Origin: Cyanophyceae cyanobacterium
GTDB taxonomy: Bacteria; Cyanobacteriota; Cyanobacteriia; Cyanobacteriales; Laspinemataceae
Direction of reading: 5' to 3'
DNA length: 64,000 bases
NCBI GenBank assembly: GCA_038321985.1
Contig: JBBQFN010000009.1
Span: 32,001 to 96,000, forward strand
The notes below the pieces were generated by a model. It was not told the DNA's origin and did no database searches. It was given only the letters and a program-made list of their open reading frames with translations. Shown piece after piece: positions 1 through 10,035 of this stretch. The first letter of the stretch is position 1; each line of letters starts with the position of its first letter. Both the position numbers and the translations under genes were made by a program.

Positions 1-573
1 CAATTTGGCGGCTTGGGATTGGGACTGGCGATCGTCCGCTATCTCACTGAGTTACACGGAGGAACTGTTGCCGTAGCCAGTCACGGGGAAGGGCAAGGTG
101 CAACATTTACGGTGAGTTTACCCCTCACTCAGGAACTCGGGACTGATGGCGTAAAGTTAGGGGATAGTTCTGCCCTGGAATCGGAAGTCTCCCCTTTGGC
201 GGGACTTCAAATTCTGTTAGTAGATGATGAGCTGGATATGAGAGAATTGGCGACAACGATTTTGGCCCAGGCAGGTGCAAATGTGAGGGCTGCTGCCTCG
301 GCAAGGGAGGCGGTAAACTGTCTAGACTGCCACAATTTTGACATTCTGATTACTGATTTGGGGATGCCCGATATCGATGGGTATATGCTGATCCGTCAGG
401 TGAGAACTCGCCCCTTGGAACAGGGGGGCGCGATTCCGGCGATCGCCTTGACGGCTTATGCCGGAGAGTCCAATCAGCAAAAAGCTCTCCAAGCCGGATT
501 TCAGCTTCACCTCTCCAAGCCGGTAGAACCTGAAGTCCTAGTAAAAGCGATCAAAGAGTTAATCCCGCGCTGA
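1..573 (+). CDS. Hybrid sensor histidine kinase/response regulator, C-terminal part (gene begins upstream of window)
   Basis: Frame is open from base 1 (QFGGLGLGL G2 box of HATPase_c), followed by a REC domain (LLVDDE, DLGMP, KP). Confidence 0.92.
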   Translation, partial: QFGGLGLGLAIVRYLTELHGGTVAVASHGEGQGATFTVSLPLTQELGTDGVKLGDSSALESEVSPLAGLQILLVDDELDMRELATTILAQAGANVRAAASAREAVNCLDCHNFDILITDLGMPDIDGYMLIRQVRTRPLEQGGAIPAIALTAYAGESNQQKALQAGFQLHLSKPVEPEVLVKAIKELIPR

Positions 574-1389
574 TATGGTTTCTTATTTTTATTTTAAGGA
601 TTAGGATGATTTAGAGGGCGCTATATAGCCCTCCCACACACACAGGGGAGGGGACCCGAGGGGGTTTCAGCCTTGAGTTTTTGTCAGCACAGAAGTCGTT
701 TGCCCTGCTTCACCCCAAAAATTTTATTAGCTCAAACCCTAGAATTTTAAGAACGATCGCTCGTCTTTATGCGATCGCTTCTTAATATTAGCTTCTTTGG
801 GAAGTTAAGTTTTCACCCGCTCTACAAATCTGTGAAAACCTGGTAAAATCAGTCTTTCAATCCCGAAAGCTCTCCCGAAGAGAGTTCCCCAATTCCCGAT
901 GCCCCCCGTCGATTCAATCCCCTCACTCTTATTACAAATCTACCCCTAGAACCCTCACCAGGATGGAACTAGGGATAGAGCCGCGTCGTCTTTTGCGGGT
1001 TTAGATTGACCCAGAGAGTGAAATTGCCGCACAAATATGCAAATTGTTAGAAAAATTTAACCTTTTTTGAAGAAAAATAGAATATACTTCTATAGCATCA
1101 GAGTTAGTATGATTAGCTCTCCCCTTCCTCCTTCAGGCTAAGGTGCCACCCACCCGGTCCTGTGTAAAGGGGTTTCCAGAATAACGTTTCGGAACGAGCG
1201 ATCGCCTTTCCTAGGCTGCTATCGCTCCTTGATTCCTCTTTTTGGCAATCGCGCTTACTCAGCGAAACGGATCGAGTCCCTATAAATGGGGCGACTGCGG
1301 GTAGGTCCCTCTAAATCTACCTTCGCGAGACCCCTACTGATTCCAATCGAGGAAACCCCCTTAATCATAAAAAAATTAGGATATAGACC

Positions 1390-1893
1390 ATGACAGACCT
1401 TTATTCCTCGGATGAAACGGCTCATCCTCACTCCCTATCACTCCACAGATTAGACCGAGCGATTTCTCTGTCACAAGGTCAATTTTGCCTAATTTTGGCT
1501 TCCTGTAATTCCGTAGCCGTGCGATCGCAACTCGTCCAAGAATTTCCGGTTAATTTGTCCGTGGATATTCAGCACTTGTGTTTGCCGCCATCCGTCAAAA
1601 CTCTCTACACGACGATGCATCAAGCACTCGAAAACAAACAGCCGAATGCTTTAATGATTTTCGGATTAGAATCAGTAATTTCCATTGAACAATTACTCAC
1701 TGCCACTAACTTTGTCCGGGATGATTTTCGTAAAGATTTTGCCTTCCCGGTGATCTTGTGGGTGAATGATGAAATCATGCAAAAATTGGTTCGTTTAGCC
1801 CCGGACTTCAAAAATTGGGCCGCTTCTACCATTCGGTTTCCGATTATCAAAGAACCCGTCCCTACAGCGGATTTGGCTTATCAATTGATCTAA
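1390..1893 (+). CDS. Hypothetical protein resembling the N-terminal region of cyanobacterial AAA/STAND-WD40 proteins, here stand-alone
   Basis: RAISLSQGQFCLILASCN...KTLYT...ALMIFGLESV...RDDFRKDFAFPVILWVND...APDFKNWA; AGGA RBS upstream. Confidence 0.65.
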   Translation: MTDLYSSDETAHPHSLSLHRLDRAISLSQGQFCLILASCNSVAVRSQLVQEFPVNLSVDIQHLCLPPSVKTLYTTMHQALENKQPNALMIFGLESVISIEQLLTATNFVRDDFRKDFAFPVILWVNDEIMQKLVRLAPDFKNWAASTIRFPIIKEPVPTADLAYQLI

Positions 1894-2007
1894 ACAATTG
1901 GGTCTAAAGTAGGGATTTACAAAAAACCTGGAGTGGGGACAGCAATTTCCCAGCGGTCACAAAACAGGGTAACCTAAGCGGTGTTAATCCAGTCCGCCAT
2001 GATTGCC

Positions 2008-2685
2008 ATGTTAGATATCCAAACGTTAATTCATGAAATTCAGCAAGAAGCACAACGGACTGAATTTCCCCTGGATGAACCCGTTTATGAAAAAGCGGGT
2101 GCAGACCCAACCCAACCCATTCTCTATGCTGGAAATTTACAAAGTCAGTTATGCATCTTTGGCCGAGATTTGGGCAAAGATGAAGTAGCGACTCGGCAGC
2201 CGTTATATGGTGCAGCGGGTTCCCTGGTTCGTAAAGGGCTTTATCGTACCCTTTTTAACCAGGAGGCGAGTAACAAAACTGAGTTAGAAAAGGTTCTGGA
2301 TAGGGTTTTACTCACCAATACAGTCCCCTACAAACCCCCGGGAAATAAAGCTTATAGCACTGCCATTAAAAATCGCTTTCGGCCTTATATTGAGCGCTTT
2401 CTCGTCTGCCACTGGCAAGGAAATCGCCTCATTACCCTAGGAAATGATGCCTTTGACTGGTTTGCTCCCTATGCGCCAAAAGGGACTCTGAAAGCGTTTT
2501 TTCAGCGAGGCGATCGCTACAGTTCCAGCCAAACCATTACCCTACAGACTCAAGATTCCGAAGGCATTTTACATCAGCGCAGCATCACTCTACTACCCCT
2601 CCCTCATCCCTCCCCCCTCAACCAGAGATACTACGCTCAATTTCCGCAACTGCTACAGCAGCGCCTGAGTGACATTTTCGGGTGA
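2008..2685 (+). CDS. Uracil-DNA glycosylase superfamily protein
   Basis: GRDLGKDE, PLYGAAG, TNTVPYKPPGN, LITLG and HPSPLN motifs. Start could be 1999 instead. Confidence 0.85.
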   Translation: MLDIQTLIHEIQQEAQRTEFPLDEPVYEKAGADPTQPILYAGNLQSQLCIFGRDLGKDEVATRQPLYGAAGSLVRKGLYRTLFNQEASNKTELEKVLDRVLLTNTVPYKPPGNKAYSTAIKNRFRPYIERFLVCHWQGNRLITLGNDAFDWFAPYAPKGTLKAFFQRGDRYSSSQTITLQTQDSEGILHQRSITLLPLPHPSPLNQRYYAQFPQLLQQRLSDIFG

Positions 2686-2893
2686 TATTTGCTTATCGGT
2701 TATTTGCGACGGGTTCAACCTCCAATTACCCACCCGTAAACTGCGATGAAGTTTTACAAAGATTCAGGGACCCTGCCACCCCTGAAACTTGGGTAGTTTC
2801 ACTGAAGCATTTCGGGCCAACTTTATCATATCTTTATAAATGAGATTCAAGAATTTATGAAAAGTTTAAAAGCTAAATAGCGGAGATAGAGTA

Positions 2894-3100
2894 ATGACAA
2901 CCCTAACCTACGGTTTCAATCCTTCCTTCTTACCCTTCAACGACCGCGATCGGGAAGCCCTCAATTCCATGTTTGAAGGCATCGAAGGCGACCCTCTAGG
3001 GGACCTAGAAACCGTCTTGACTGAATCCTTTGGTGCAAGACCCCAAAAGAGCAGTAGGGTCCGTCAACCCTCTCCAGTAAATGGCTACCCGCTCAGGTGA
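2894..3100 (+). CDS. Small hypothetical protein (68 aa)
   Basis: ATG preceded by GGAGA RBS; isolated ORF with its own AT-rich upstream region. Confidence 0.55.
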   Translation: MTTLTYGFNPSFLPFNDRDREALNSMFEGIEGDPLGDLETVLTESFGARPQKSSRVRQPSPVNGYPLR

Positions 3101-3257
3101 ACTCTTCAATCCAACCTACTCCCATCCCCGAATTTAGGGTCTCAGCATTCCTGAGACAGGGATCCCATCTTGAGGGACTGAGGCACCCGACTTTCCTCAC
3201 TCCCCTAAGCTACGATTAGGATAGATATTTCCCAAGTTCCTATTTAGCTTTGAAGCA

Positions 3258-5690
3258 TTGATTCAGTCTGAGACCTTAGAACTCCTAGAATGGCCGCGCC
3301 TGTGCCAGCACCTAGCAACATTTGCTGGGACCAAGCTGGGAGCAATGGCTGCCGGTGACCTCCCAATTCCTGAGACATTGGAGCAGACATTGGCCCTGCT
3401 TGCTCAAACCAAAGAAGTTTATGAGCTAGAAAATCAGGGATTGGTTACCCTATCCTTTGATGGCATCCATGATATTGGGGATTCCCTAGAACGTGCTGAT
3501 TTGCATGGCATCTTATCGGCAGAGGAACTGTTGGCGATCGCCCATACCCTCTCCGGTGCTAGACAACTGCGACGGATGATCGACGATCATCCGTCATTGT
3601 CTGTCCTCAATCGTCTCGTTGCCGATCTGCGAACCTATCCAGATATCGAAAAGGAAATCCATCGCTGCATCGACGATCGCGCTCAAGTGGCCGATCGCGC
3701 CAGCACCCTGTTAGGAGAAATTCGCCAGCGTCAGCACTCCATTCGAGACCAGATTTATCAGAAATTGCAGAGTATTTTGCAACGGCATAGCAACGCCGTC
3801 CAGGAACAGCTAATCACCAAACGGAGCGATCGCTTTGTGATCCCCGTAAAATCCCCCCAAAAAGATGCCATTCCCGGCATCGTTCACGATAGTTCTATGA
3901 GTGGCGCTACCCTCTATGTAGAACCCCATAGCATCGTCGAACTCAACAACAAAGCGCGGGTGCTGCTGCGGCAAGAAAAAGCCGAAGAAGAAGCCATTTT
4001 GCGGGCATTAACCGAGAAAATTACCGAAGTCGTTGAAGATTTAGAGCGGTTATTGGCGATCGTCACCGTCCTGGATCTAGCAACCGCCCGTGCTCGGTAC
4101 AGTTACTGGTTAAATGCCAACCCTCCGAGTTTTATTACCCGAGGGGAAGAATCCTATGCCCAAATGATTACGCTGAGGCAACTGCGCCATCCCCTCCTCG
4201 TCTGGCAACAACAGCAGGAAGACGGAAATGCCGTTGTCCCCGTTGATTTAATTGTTCAACCTCAAATTCGAGTCGTTGCCATCACCGGGCCCAACACCGG
4301 AGGAAAAACCGTGACCCTGAAAACCTTGGGGTTAGGGGTACTGATGGCAAAAGTGGGATTGTTCGTGCCTGCACGAGAACCTGTGGAACTGCCTTGGTTT
4401 GACTTCGTGCTCGCCGATATTGGAGACGAACAGTCCCTGGAACAAAGCCTTTCCACCTTTTCCGGTCATATTCGCCGGATAACGCGGATTCTGGCAAGTT
4501 GTACCCCCGAGTCCCTGGTGTTGCTGGATGAAGTGGGGGCCGGAACTGACCCCACCGAAGGCAGTGCCTTGGCGATCGCCCTGTTGCATCATCTGGCGGA
4601 TTGTGCCCAGTTAACCATCGCCACCACCCACTATGGCGAACTCAAGGCCCTCAAATACGAAGATGAGCGCTTTGAAAATGCCTCGGTAGAGTTTGATGAA
4701 GCCACCTTGCAACCGACCTATCGCTTACTATGGGGGATTCCTGGACGTTCTAATGCTTTAACCATTGCCCGCCGTCTCGGGTTGAACGCTGAAATCGTGG
4801 ATCAGGCGGCGAATTTAGTCGCACCCACGGGCACCCAAGACGTGGATCGGGTGATTGCGGGGTTAGAAAATCAAAGACGACAGCAAGAAACCAAGGCAAA
4901 AGAAGCAGGTCAATTACTGGGGGAAACCGAACGCCTGTATCGGGAAGTCGCGGACAAAGCGCAGTCTTTGAAAGAACGGGAACGGCAATTACAGCAGTCC
5001 CAGGAACGGGCAGTTGCTGAGGCGATCGCCCTGGCTAAGGAAGAAATTGCCCAAGTGATTCGGCGCTTGCAGCAAGGCAACGTCACCGGACAAGATGCAA
5101 ATCAAGCAACCCAGAACTTACAGGGGATTGCGGAAAAACATTTGCCATCCCGTCAGCAAAAAGTGGCTAAACCGAAACCCGGATTTCATCCTAAATCCGG
5201 CGATCGGGTGCGGATTCCCCAAATTGGACAAACTGGCGAAGTCCTAGCAGTCTCAGAAGGGGAAACGGAAGTCACTGTGCGCTTTGGATTAATGAAAATG
5301 ACCGTAGGGATTACAGAAATAGAATCCCTGGATGGTCAAAAAGTGGAACTCCCGCCGAAAAAACCGGCATCCACCCAAACCGCCAAAGTGTCCCCCGCAG
5401 CAGAGGCAGCAACCGATAAGGTAGCAGCACAAGCACCTATAGTCCGAACATCTCGAAATAATATCGATATCCGAGGTGCCCGAGTCTCGGATGCGGAAAT
5501 CGAACTCGAACAGGCGATCGCCCAACAAATTCCCCTAGGCGGTGCCTTATGGATTGTTCACGGTAAAGGAACAGGCAAATTGCGCCAAGGGGTTCAGGAG
5601 TTCTTGAAACAACATCCCCAAATTAGTCACTACGAACTAGCCACTCAAAATGAGGGCGGTTCCGGTGTTACAATTGCGTATCTTAAATAG
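3258..5690 (+). CDS. mutS2: Endonuclease MutS2
   Basis: Walker A GPNTGGKT, LSTFSGH, LLDEVGAGTDP, C-terminal Smr domain (IVHGKGTG). TTG start. Confidence 0.96.
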   Translation: MIQSETLELLEWPRLCQHLATFAGTKLGAMAAGDLPIPETLEQTLALLAQTKEVYELENQGLVTLSFDGIHDIGDSLERADLHGILSAEELLAIAHTLSGARQLRRMIDDHPSLSVLNRLVADLRTYPDIEKEIHRCIDDRAQVADRASTLLGEIRQRQHSIRDQIYQKLQSILQRHSNAVQEQLITKRSDRFVIPVKSPQKDAIPGIVHDSSMSGATLYVEPHSIVELNNKARVLLRQEKAEEEAILRALTEKITEVVEDLERLLAIVTVLDLATARARYSYWLNANPPSFITRGEESYAQMITLRQLRHPLLVWQQQQEDGNAVVPVDLIVQPQIRVVAITGPNTGGKTVTLKTLGLGVLMAKVGLFVPAREPVELPWFDFVLADIGDEQSLEQSLSTFSGHIRRITRILASCTPESLVLLDEVGAGTDPTEGSALAIALLHHLADCAQLTIATTHYGELKALKYEDERFENASVEFDEATLQPTYRLLWGIPGRSNALTIARRLGLNAEIVDQAANLVAPTGTQDVDRVIAGLENQRRQQETKAKEAGQLLGETERLYREVADKAQSLKERERQLQQSQERAVAEAIALAKEEIAQVIRRLQQGNVTGQDANQATQNLQGIAEKHLPSRQQKVAKPKPGFHPKSGDRVRIPQIGQTGEVLAVSEGETEVTVRFGLMKMTVGITEIESLDGQKVELPPKKPASTQTAKVSPAAEAATDKVAAQAPIVRTSRNNIDIRGARVSDAEIELEQAIAQQIPLGGALWIVHGKGTGKLRQGVQEFLKQHPQISHYELATQNEGGSGVTIAYLK

Positions 5691-5841
5691 GGAATGGGAA
5701 AGCGCAAGGATGAAGAATGAAGGATGGATCTACCTCTAGTCTCCTCCCTTTAGTAAGAGGAGGGGGCCGGAGGTGGCTTTCTCGTGATTGCAGTAAGTCC
5801 CCCCATCTCCCCTATTTTTTTCCCAATCTCAGAGGTTCACG

Positions 5842-6480
5842 ATGCGCCAGACCCTAAAATTAGCTCCCCCGGGTCAACCTAACGGTGTCGCTAACAAAGC
5901 CGCACCCACTGTTTCTTCTCCCCCTTGGGAGGAAGGGGTGGGTGTGAATGCACCGACCCCGGCACAGTTGGATAACATTAAAACTCAGTTAGATTTAGTC
6001 TTGTTGGCCCTGGAATGCTTGGCTGACATAGGTTCAGAAGCTATTCTGCGAACAGCACAGGAGTTGGGACTCGAAGCGGTGGTAGCCGATCGCGTTTCAT
6101 TGTGGCGACTGCGCCAGTCGAATCCCCTGCGTAAAAGTCAGGGGGGCCGCAAAAAGCTGGATGTGGAAGAAGCGCGATCGCTGGTGCTGATTATTTGCCA
6201 CCTCGCTAAAGCCCACCAGGAACTAATCCGGCGTGGCGTGGCCCTGCTGGAACAGCTTGCTGAACAAAACCGCCCCCCTCATGAAGCGTCTATGTTGGGC
6301 GACTTTATGGATACATTTTGCAACACCTACCAAGAACGCATGGAAGATGGAGAAACCACCTCCCCGGACTTGTTGACTCACTTAGCGCTCAAACTCCTCA
6401 TTGATTTACTCTTTTACAGCGGTCCCAGCGGTCATCGGCGGCTGTGGTTGGCGTTGCTAGATCGCTCCGTCAGTCGCTAA
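5842..6480 (+). CDS. DUF3038 family protein
   Basis: QLDLVLLALE, DRVSLWRLRQSNPLR, LLFYSGPSGHRRLW cyanobacterial motifs. Confidence 0.85.
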   Translation: MRQTLKLAPPGQPNGVANKAAPTVSSPPWEEGVGVNAPTPAQLDNIKTQLDLVLLALECLADIGSEAILRTAQELGLEAVVADRVSLWRLRQSNPLRKSQGGRKKLDVEEARSLVLIICHLAKAHQELIRRGVALLEQLAEQNRPPHEASMLGDFMDTFCNTYQERMEDGETTSPDLLTHLALKLLIDLLFYSGPSGHRRLWLALLDRSVSR

Positions 6481-6517
6481 CGATTTATTCAGAACTATAA
6501 CCCCTCAAAACTTCCTC

Positions 6518-8368
6518 ATGCCATCGTTCAATTCTGTTTTGCGAAGGTACACGCCCCCCACTTGCACCCTAGAGATTGCAGCCAAAAGCTCCCCTCTCTC
6601 CAAGTGGATGGGCAAACCTGTCCTCAAACAATTGCGGTTTCAACTCAGTTTTGATGCCCCTCAATTACCCGAGGAAAAACAAGTCACGATTCGCGGCGAC
6701 GCCCGGGCATTGGAGGCTTTGTCTGATGCCGTCACGAATTATGTTCAGGACTTTGTGCAGCAGTCGCCCCAACGCCTCAATGCGACCTATTTCGCTTCAG
6801 AAGCTGACGCCACCTCTACGCCGTCAGAAATCCATACGGAGATTACAGAACCCACCACTCGCTTACAATCTCCTCACCCGGGCCCGGATGAAAAACGGTT
6901 CGAGGGTTTCCCAACTCTGCCCCAGGCTGAAGGGTCTTTGAATTTTCAAACCCCTGTTCCCCTTCTCGGCATTTACTTGAAACCCCGGGGATTACTCGCT
7001 CATGAGTTGTATTTCGGCGAACTCGCCACCCCAGAATCTGGCGAAGTGGTAAATCTGGGAACGTTGCAATTATTTGATTTAGCAACGGCCCTAGATTCCG
7101 CAGCAGCCGATGCGATCGCCTTGCCCAACTTAGGCGGAGTAGCCGGATTATCAAAGACTCCTCCTTGGATGGCGATCGCAGCGATGGCCCTCTTTACGGT
7201 GGGCGTCAGTACCTCCCTGCTTAAACTGCTCAATCCCCCGGCAGAAGTCGCTACACCAACAGTAGCTCAAAGCCCGGTAGCACCCTCACCCGAACAGGAT
7301 TTGGCCCCGGTTCTCCCTCCAGTCGCCCCCCCTGGGGCTATTCCCCCAGGCCAGAATCCAGCCAGAACTGGAGTCCAGACCCCTCCGAAGGGGCCACAGC
7401 CATCAGCCTTACCCCCGACTGCGGCTACTTCTCCTCCGGTTCCGACCGTAGCGCCTCCTATGGGCGTGATTTCCCCTCCTGCACCCCAGGGGAGACCTAC
7501 TACTCCTCCTCCGGCATCCCCTCCTGTGGCATCAGCACCAATGCCAGCGGCAACGCCTCAACCCAGACCCAGTGGCTTGCAGATGCCACCGGCTTCGGAA
7601 CGGCGCGATCGCTCCCAGGTAGAGTTGGAAATTGTGCCCGACGACTCGGACCCCATGCCGCCAATGCGTCCAATGCCTTCTATGCCGGAAGACCCCATGC
7701 CGGAACCCCCGGATTGGGATGCACTGATGGGACGGGTGCAAAATTCTACCCCTGCACCGGAACCGAGTTTCGCCCCCATGCCCACTGCACCGGAAATGGC
7801 TGATTCTCCTCCACAGATGCAGCGCGAAAGCAATCCCGCAACAGCATCTGCCCCGGCTCCTGAATTGCCCAATGTGGCCGCTCTAAATGATGCACCGCCT
7901 CCTCTGCCGAATGTGCGTCTAGAGTCGTCTGCACCCATAACCGAAGAATCTGAGAGTCTGCTATCGGAAGCAGAAGGGATTGATGCGATCGCCCTGAAAG
8001 CGCCTCCGACTGACTTACCTGATTCAGCGTCGCAATCCAGTGCAGGCCCTGCCCCCGAGGAGAGTGCCGCCCGGAGTCAATCCGTCTTTGACGATCCGCC
8101 CCAATTAGCAGAGGCAAAGGATTATTTCCAAGAAACCTGGCAACCCCCCCAAGGGTTTAAGGACAAGTTGGAATATGTCCTTAACCTGAATCCCGACGGT
8201 TCGATTCAGCAAATCGTCCCCTTGGGGATAGCCTCCCAAACCCACCTCAATATGAGTGGCGTGCCATTGCAGGGTACCCCGTTTGTCTCTCCGTTACCTG
8301 AGGCCAAGTCTCTACAAATTCGGGTAGTCCTCGAACCCGATGGTCGCGTCTTGACTTTTGCCCAATAA
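6518..8368 (+). CDS. DUF4335 domain protein (single TM, Pro-rich linker)
   Basis: RRYTPPTCTLEI N-terminus, QLFDLATALD, a TM helix, a Pro-rich region, and usual position after DUF3038. Confidence 0.85.
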   Translation: MPSFNSVLRRYTPPTCTLEIAAKSSPLSKWMGKPVLKQLRFQLSFDAPQLPEEKQVTIRGDARALEALSDAVTNYVQDFVQQSPQRLNATYFASEADATSTPSEIHTEITEPTTRLQSPHPGPDEKRFEGFPTLPQAEGSLNFQTPVPLLGIYLKPRGLLAHELYFGELATPESGEVVNLGTLQLFDLATALDSAAADAIALPNLGGVAGLSKTPPWMAIAAMALFTVGVSTSLLKLLNPPAEVATPTVAQSPVAPSPEQDLAPVLPPVAPPGAIPPGQNPARTGVQTPPKGPQPSALPPTAATSPPVPTVAPPMGVISPPAPQGRPTTPPPASPPVASAPMPAATPQPRPSGLQMPPASERRDRSQVELEIVPDDSDPMPPMRPMPSMPEDPMPEPPDWDALMGRVQNSTPAPEPSFAPMPTAPEMADSPPQMQRESNPATASAPAPELPNVAALNDAPPPLPNVRLESSAPITEESESLLSEAEGIDAIALKAPPTDLPDSASQSSAGPAPEESAARSQSVFDDPPQLAEAKDYFQETWQPPQGFKDKLEYVLNLNPDGSIQQIVPLGIASQTHLNMSGVPLQGTPFVSPLPEAKSLQIRVVLEPDGRVLTFAQ

Positions 8369-8392
8369 TCTGACATAATAAAGGATTACTTT

Positions 8393-8437
8393 AAAATAGG
8401 GAGATTGACCCTCAGCGCGTCAGTCTCCCTATTTTTT
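8393..8437 (+). terminator. Intrinsic terminator after DUF4335 gene
   Basis: aaaatagggagattgac...gtcagtctccctatttttt stem followed by a T tract. Confidence 0.75.
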
Positions 8438-8601
8438 GGAAAAAATAGAAATTGATACAAAACTTTACATTCAGTTAATTTACATTGTAAGGTTAAACAA
8501 GATTTAAACTCTACACCTAATTTTCTGATAAGAAAAATGCAAATTAAGTATATAAAGGTTCCAACTTTGAAAATTCTTTCAAAAAAACTAAGGGGTGAGG
8601 G

Positions 8602-8630
8602 GTGACACCCCCCATCAACCGTGTTATATT
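8602..8630 (+). promoter_or_regulatory. Sigma70-type promoter of candidate sRNA
   Basis: GTGACA (8602-8607), 17-nt spacer, TATATT (8625-8630), with extended -10 TG at 8622-8623. Confidence 0.6.
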
Positions 8631-8637
8631 AAATTCT

Positions 8638-8686
8638 GTAGATGCACCCTGATGGCAAGCGCCCAAGCTTTTGGGCGTTTTTTTTT
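8638..8686 (+). ncRNA. Candidate ~50-nt small RNA with NsiR1-like 5' end
   Basis: Promoter immediately upstream; GTAGATGCACCCTGA leader; then gcgcccaa-gctt-ttgggcgt hairpin and 9 T. Confidence 0.5.
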
Positions 8687-8810
8687 GCCTAAATTTGGGA
8701 AAGGCTTTGTGGTAAGGGTGAGGTTGGTGCAGGCGATCGCCTGCACTGTGTCATCAAACCCGATAAAATCGGGAACGCTGAGATTAACCCCTGGTTTTAC
8801 CCACCGCCTT

Positions 8811-9926
8811 ATGATTGCTATTGAAGAAGTAGTGAATGCACTCGATCGCCGAGACTATCGAGAAGCGGCAAAATTACTCAAAGCCCTGCGTCAAGAGTCA
8901 CCCCAGAATCCTTGGGTAGGGTTTTATGTTGGCCGATATTATGAAGAAACGGGGAAACTGGATACAGCGGAGAAAGCCTACCGGCAGGTCCTGCGAGATG
9001 TAACCAATCCCAAGATTGTTTCCCAGGCGCGGCAGGGGTTAAAGCGCATCGAAACCCTACCGAAAGAACGAGTTAAGCAGGCGATCGCCCAAGTCAAAAG
9101 CGATCCTTCCCAGCTTAAACCCGGGTTACTGGTGATTGAACCCATCGATTTAGAACAAAGAAGCGAACTGGTGCTCAAGTTTGCCCGGATTATGCAGCTA
9201 CAACCCTATAACGCCAAACTGTTGCTGCCGACAAGAACCTGGCGGATGTACCGAACCGGGGCGATCGGGGAACTGCGGGTCTTTGTAGAGGAACTTAGAC
9301 AAGCGGGAATCCATTGTTTTTGTGCCACCCGAGAGCAAATTAATCAAGTGCGGGTGTTCCGCATCAGCCATTTTGAAGCTATCTCTCCCCAAGCCGTCGT
9401 GATTTGCAAAGACGAAGGCGATCGCCTCGGTCAATTAGCCTTTAATTGGTCCGAAGTCAGCCAACAAGTAGAAGGCAACCTCCCCATTTTCAAACAAATA
9501 GCCGTTGAAAACCATCGACGCACCGAAGTCACTTACAAACAAGAAATCCACGAATATGTCGGCATGAAAGACTTGCACCTACCCGGGAGAGGCTGCATCC
9601 TACGCCTGTGCGAAGAAAAATATGAATTTGACAAAGGATTTCCCTTTATTCCCGGACAAGACCAAACCGGAAAAGTGAGAAAGTTCGGAATTGATAGCAT
9701 GAGTATGCACTTAAAATGGCAAACCCTCATCAAAATTCTGAAACAACAACTCGGTGAAGTCCCCAGTTGGTCAGATTTTACCCCCTTCGCCGAAACCACA
9801 ATCACCGAAGCGGATATGCTAGAGCGCATTTCTTCTCACATTGAGATATTTAGAGTGCAACCTAGTGTCTGGGATCCAGCCTTTCACTTGTATAGCAGCC
9901 TGGTTTTTCTTAAACCCTATTTGTAA
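8811..9926 (+). CDS. Tetratricopeptide-repeat protein (conserved cyanobacterial)
   Basis: N-terminal TPR (DYREAAKLL...AEKAYRQVL). ATG 8811 preferred to the GTG at 8595, which would read through a promoter and terminator. Confidence 0.8.
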   Translation: MIAIEEVVNALDRRDYREAAKLLKALRQESPQNPWVGFYVGRYYEETGKLDTAEKAYRQVLRDVTNPKIVSQARQGLKRIETLPKERVKQAIAQVKSDPSQLKPGLLVIEPIDLEQRSELVLKFARIMQLQPYNAKLLLPTRTWRMYRTGAIGELRVFVEELRQAGIHCFCATREQINQVRVFRISHFEAISPQAVVICKDEGDRLGQLAFNWSEVSQQVEGNLPIFKQIAVENHRRTEVTYKQEIHEYVGMKDLHLPGRGCILRLCEEKYEFDKGFPFIPGQDQTGKVRKFGIDSMSMHLKWQTLIKILKQQLGEVPSWSDFTPFAETTITEADMLERISSHIEIFRVQPSVWDPAFHLYSSLVFLKPYL

Positions 9927-10035
9927 TAAAATTTAATGTATCCCAACGCGGGAACTGGGATACCCAGTTTGATAGTGGCAGTGCCTCATCAATATGATAT
10001 ACTAATCAATAAACTTTACGCTTGCGCGAATCATC

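Noticed and set aside
640..716. c-di-GMP-I-like AGGGCAAAC...GACAAAA on the minus strand
   Set aside because: Lacks the GAAA tetraloop stem and GACGCAAA, and has no downstream gene in that orientation.
7230..8100. Low-complexity Pro-rich DNA and several antisense ORFs
   Set aside because: Explained by the Pro-rich linker of the DUF4335 protein.
8595..8810. N-terminal 72-codon extension of the TPR ORF
   Set aside because: It spans a promoter and an intrinsic terminator, and TPR-like sequence starts only at ATG 8811.
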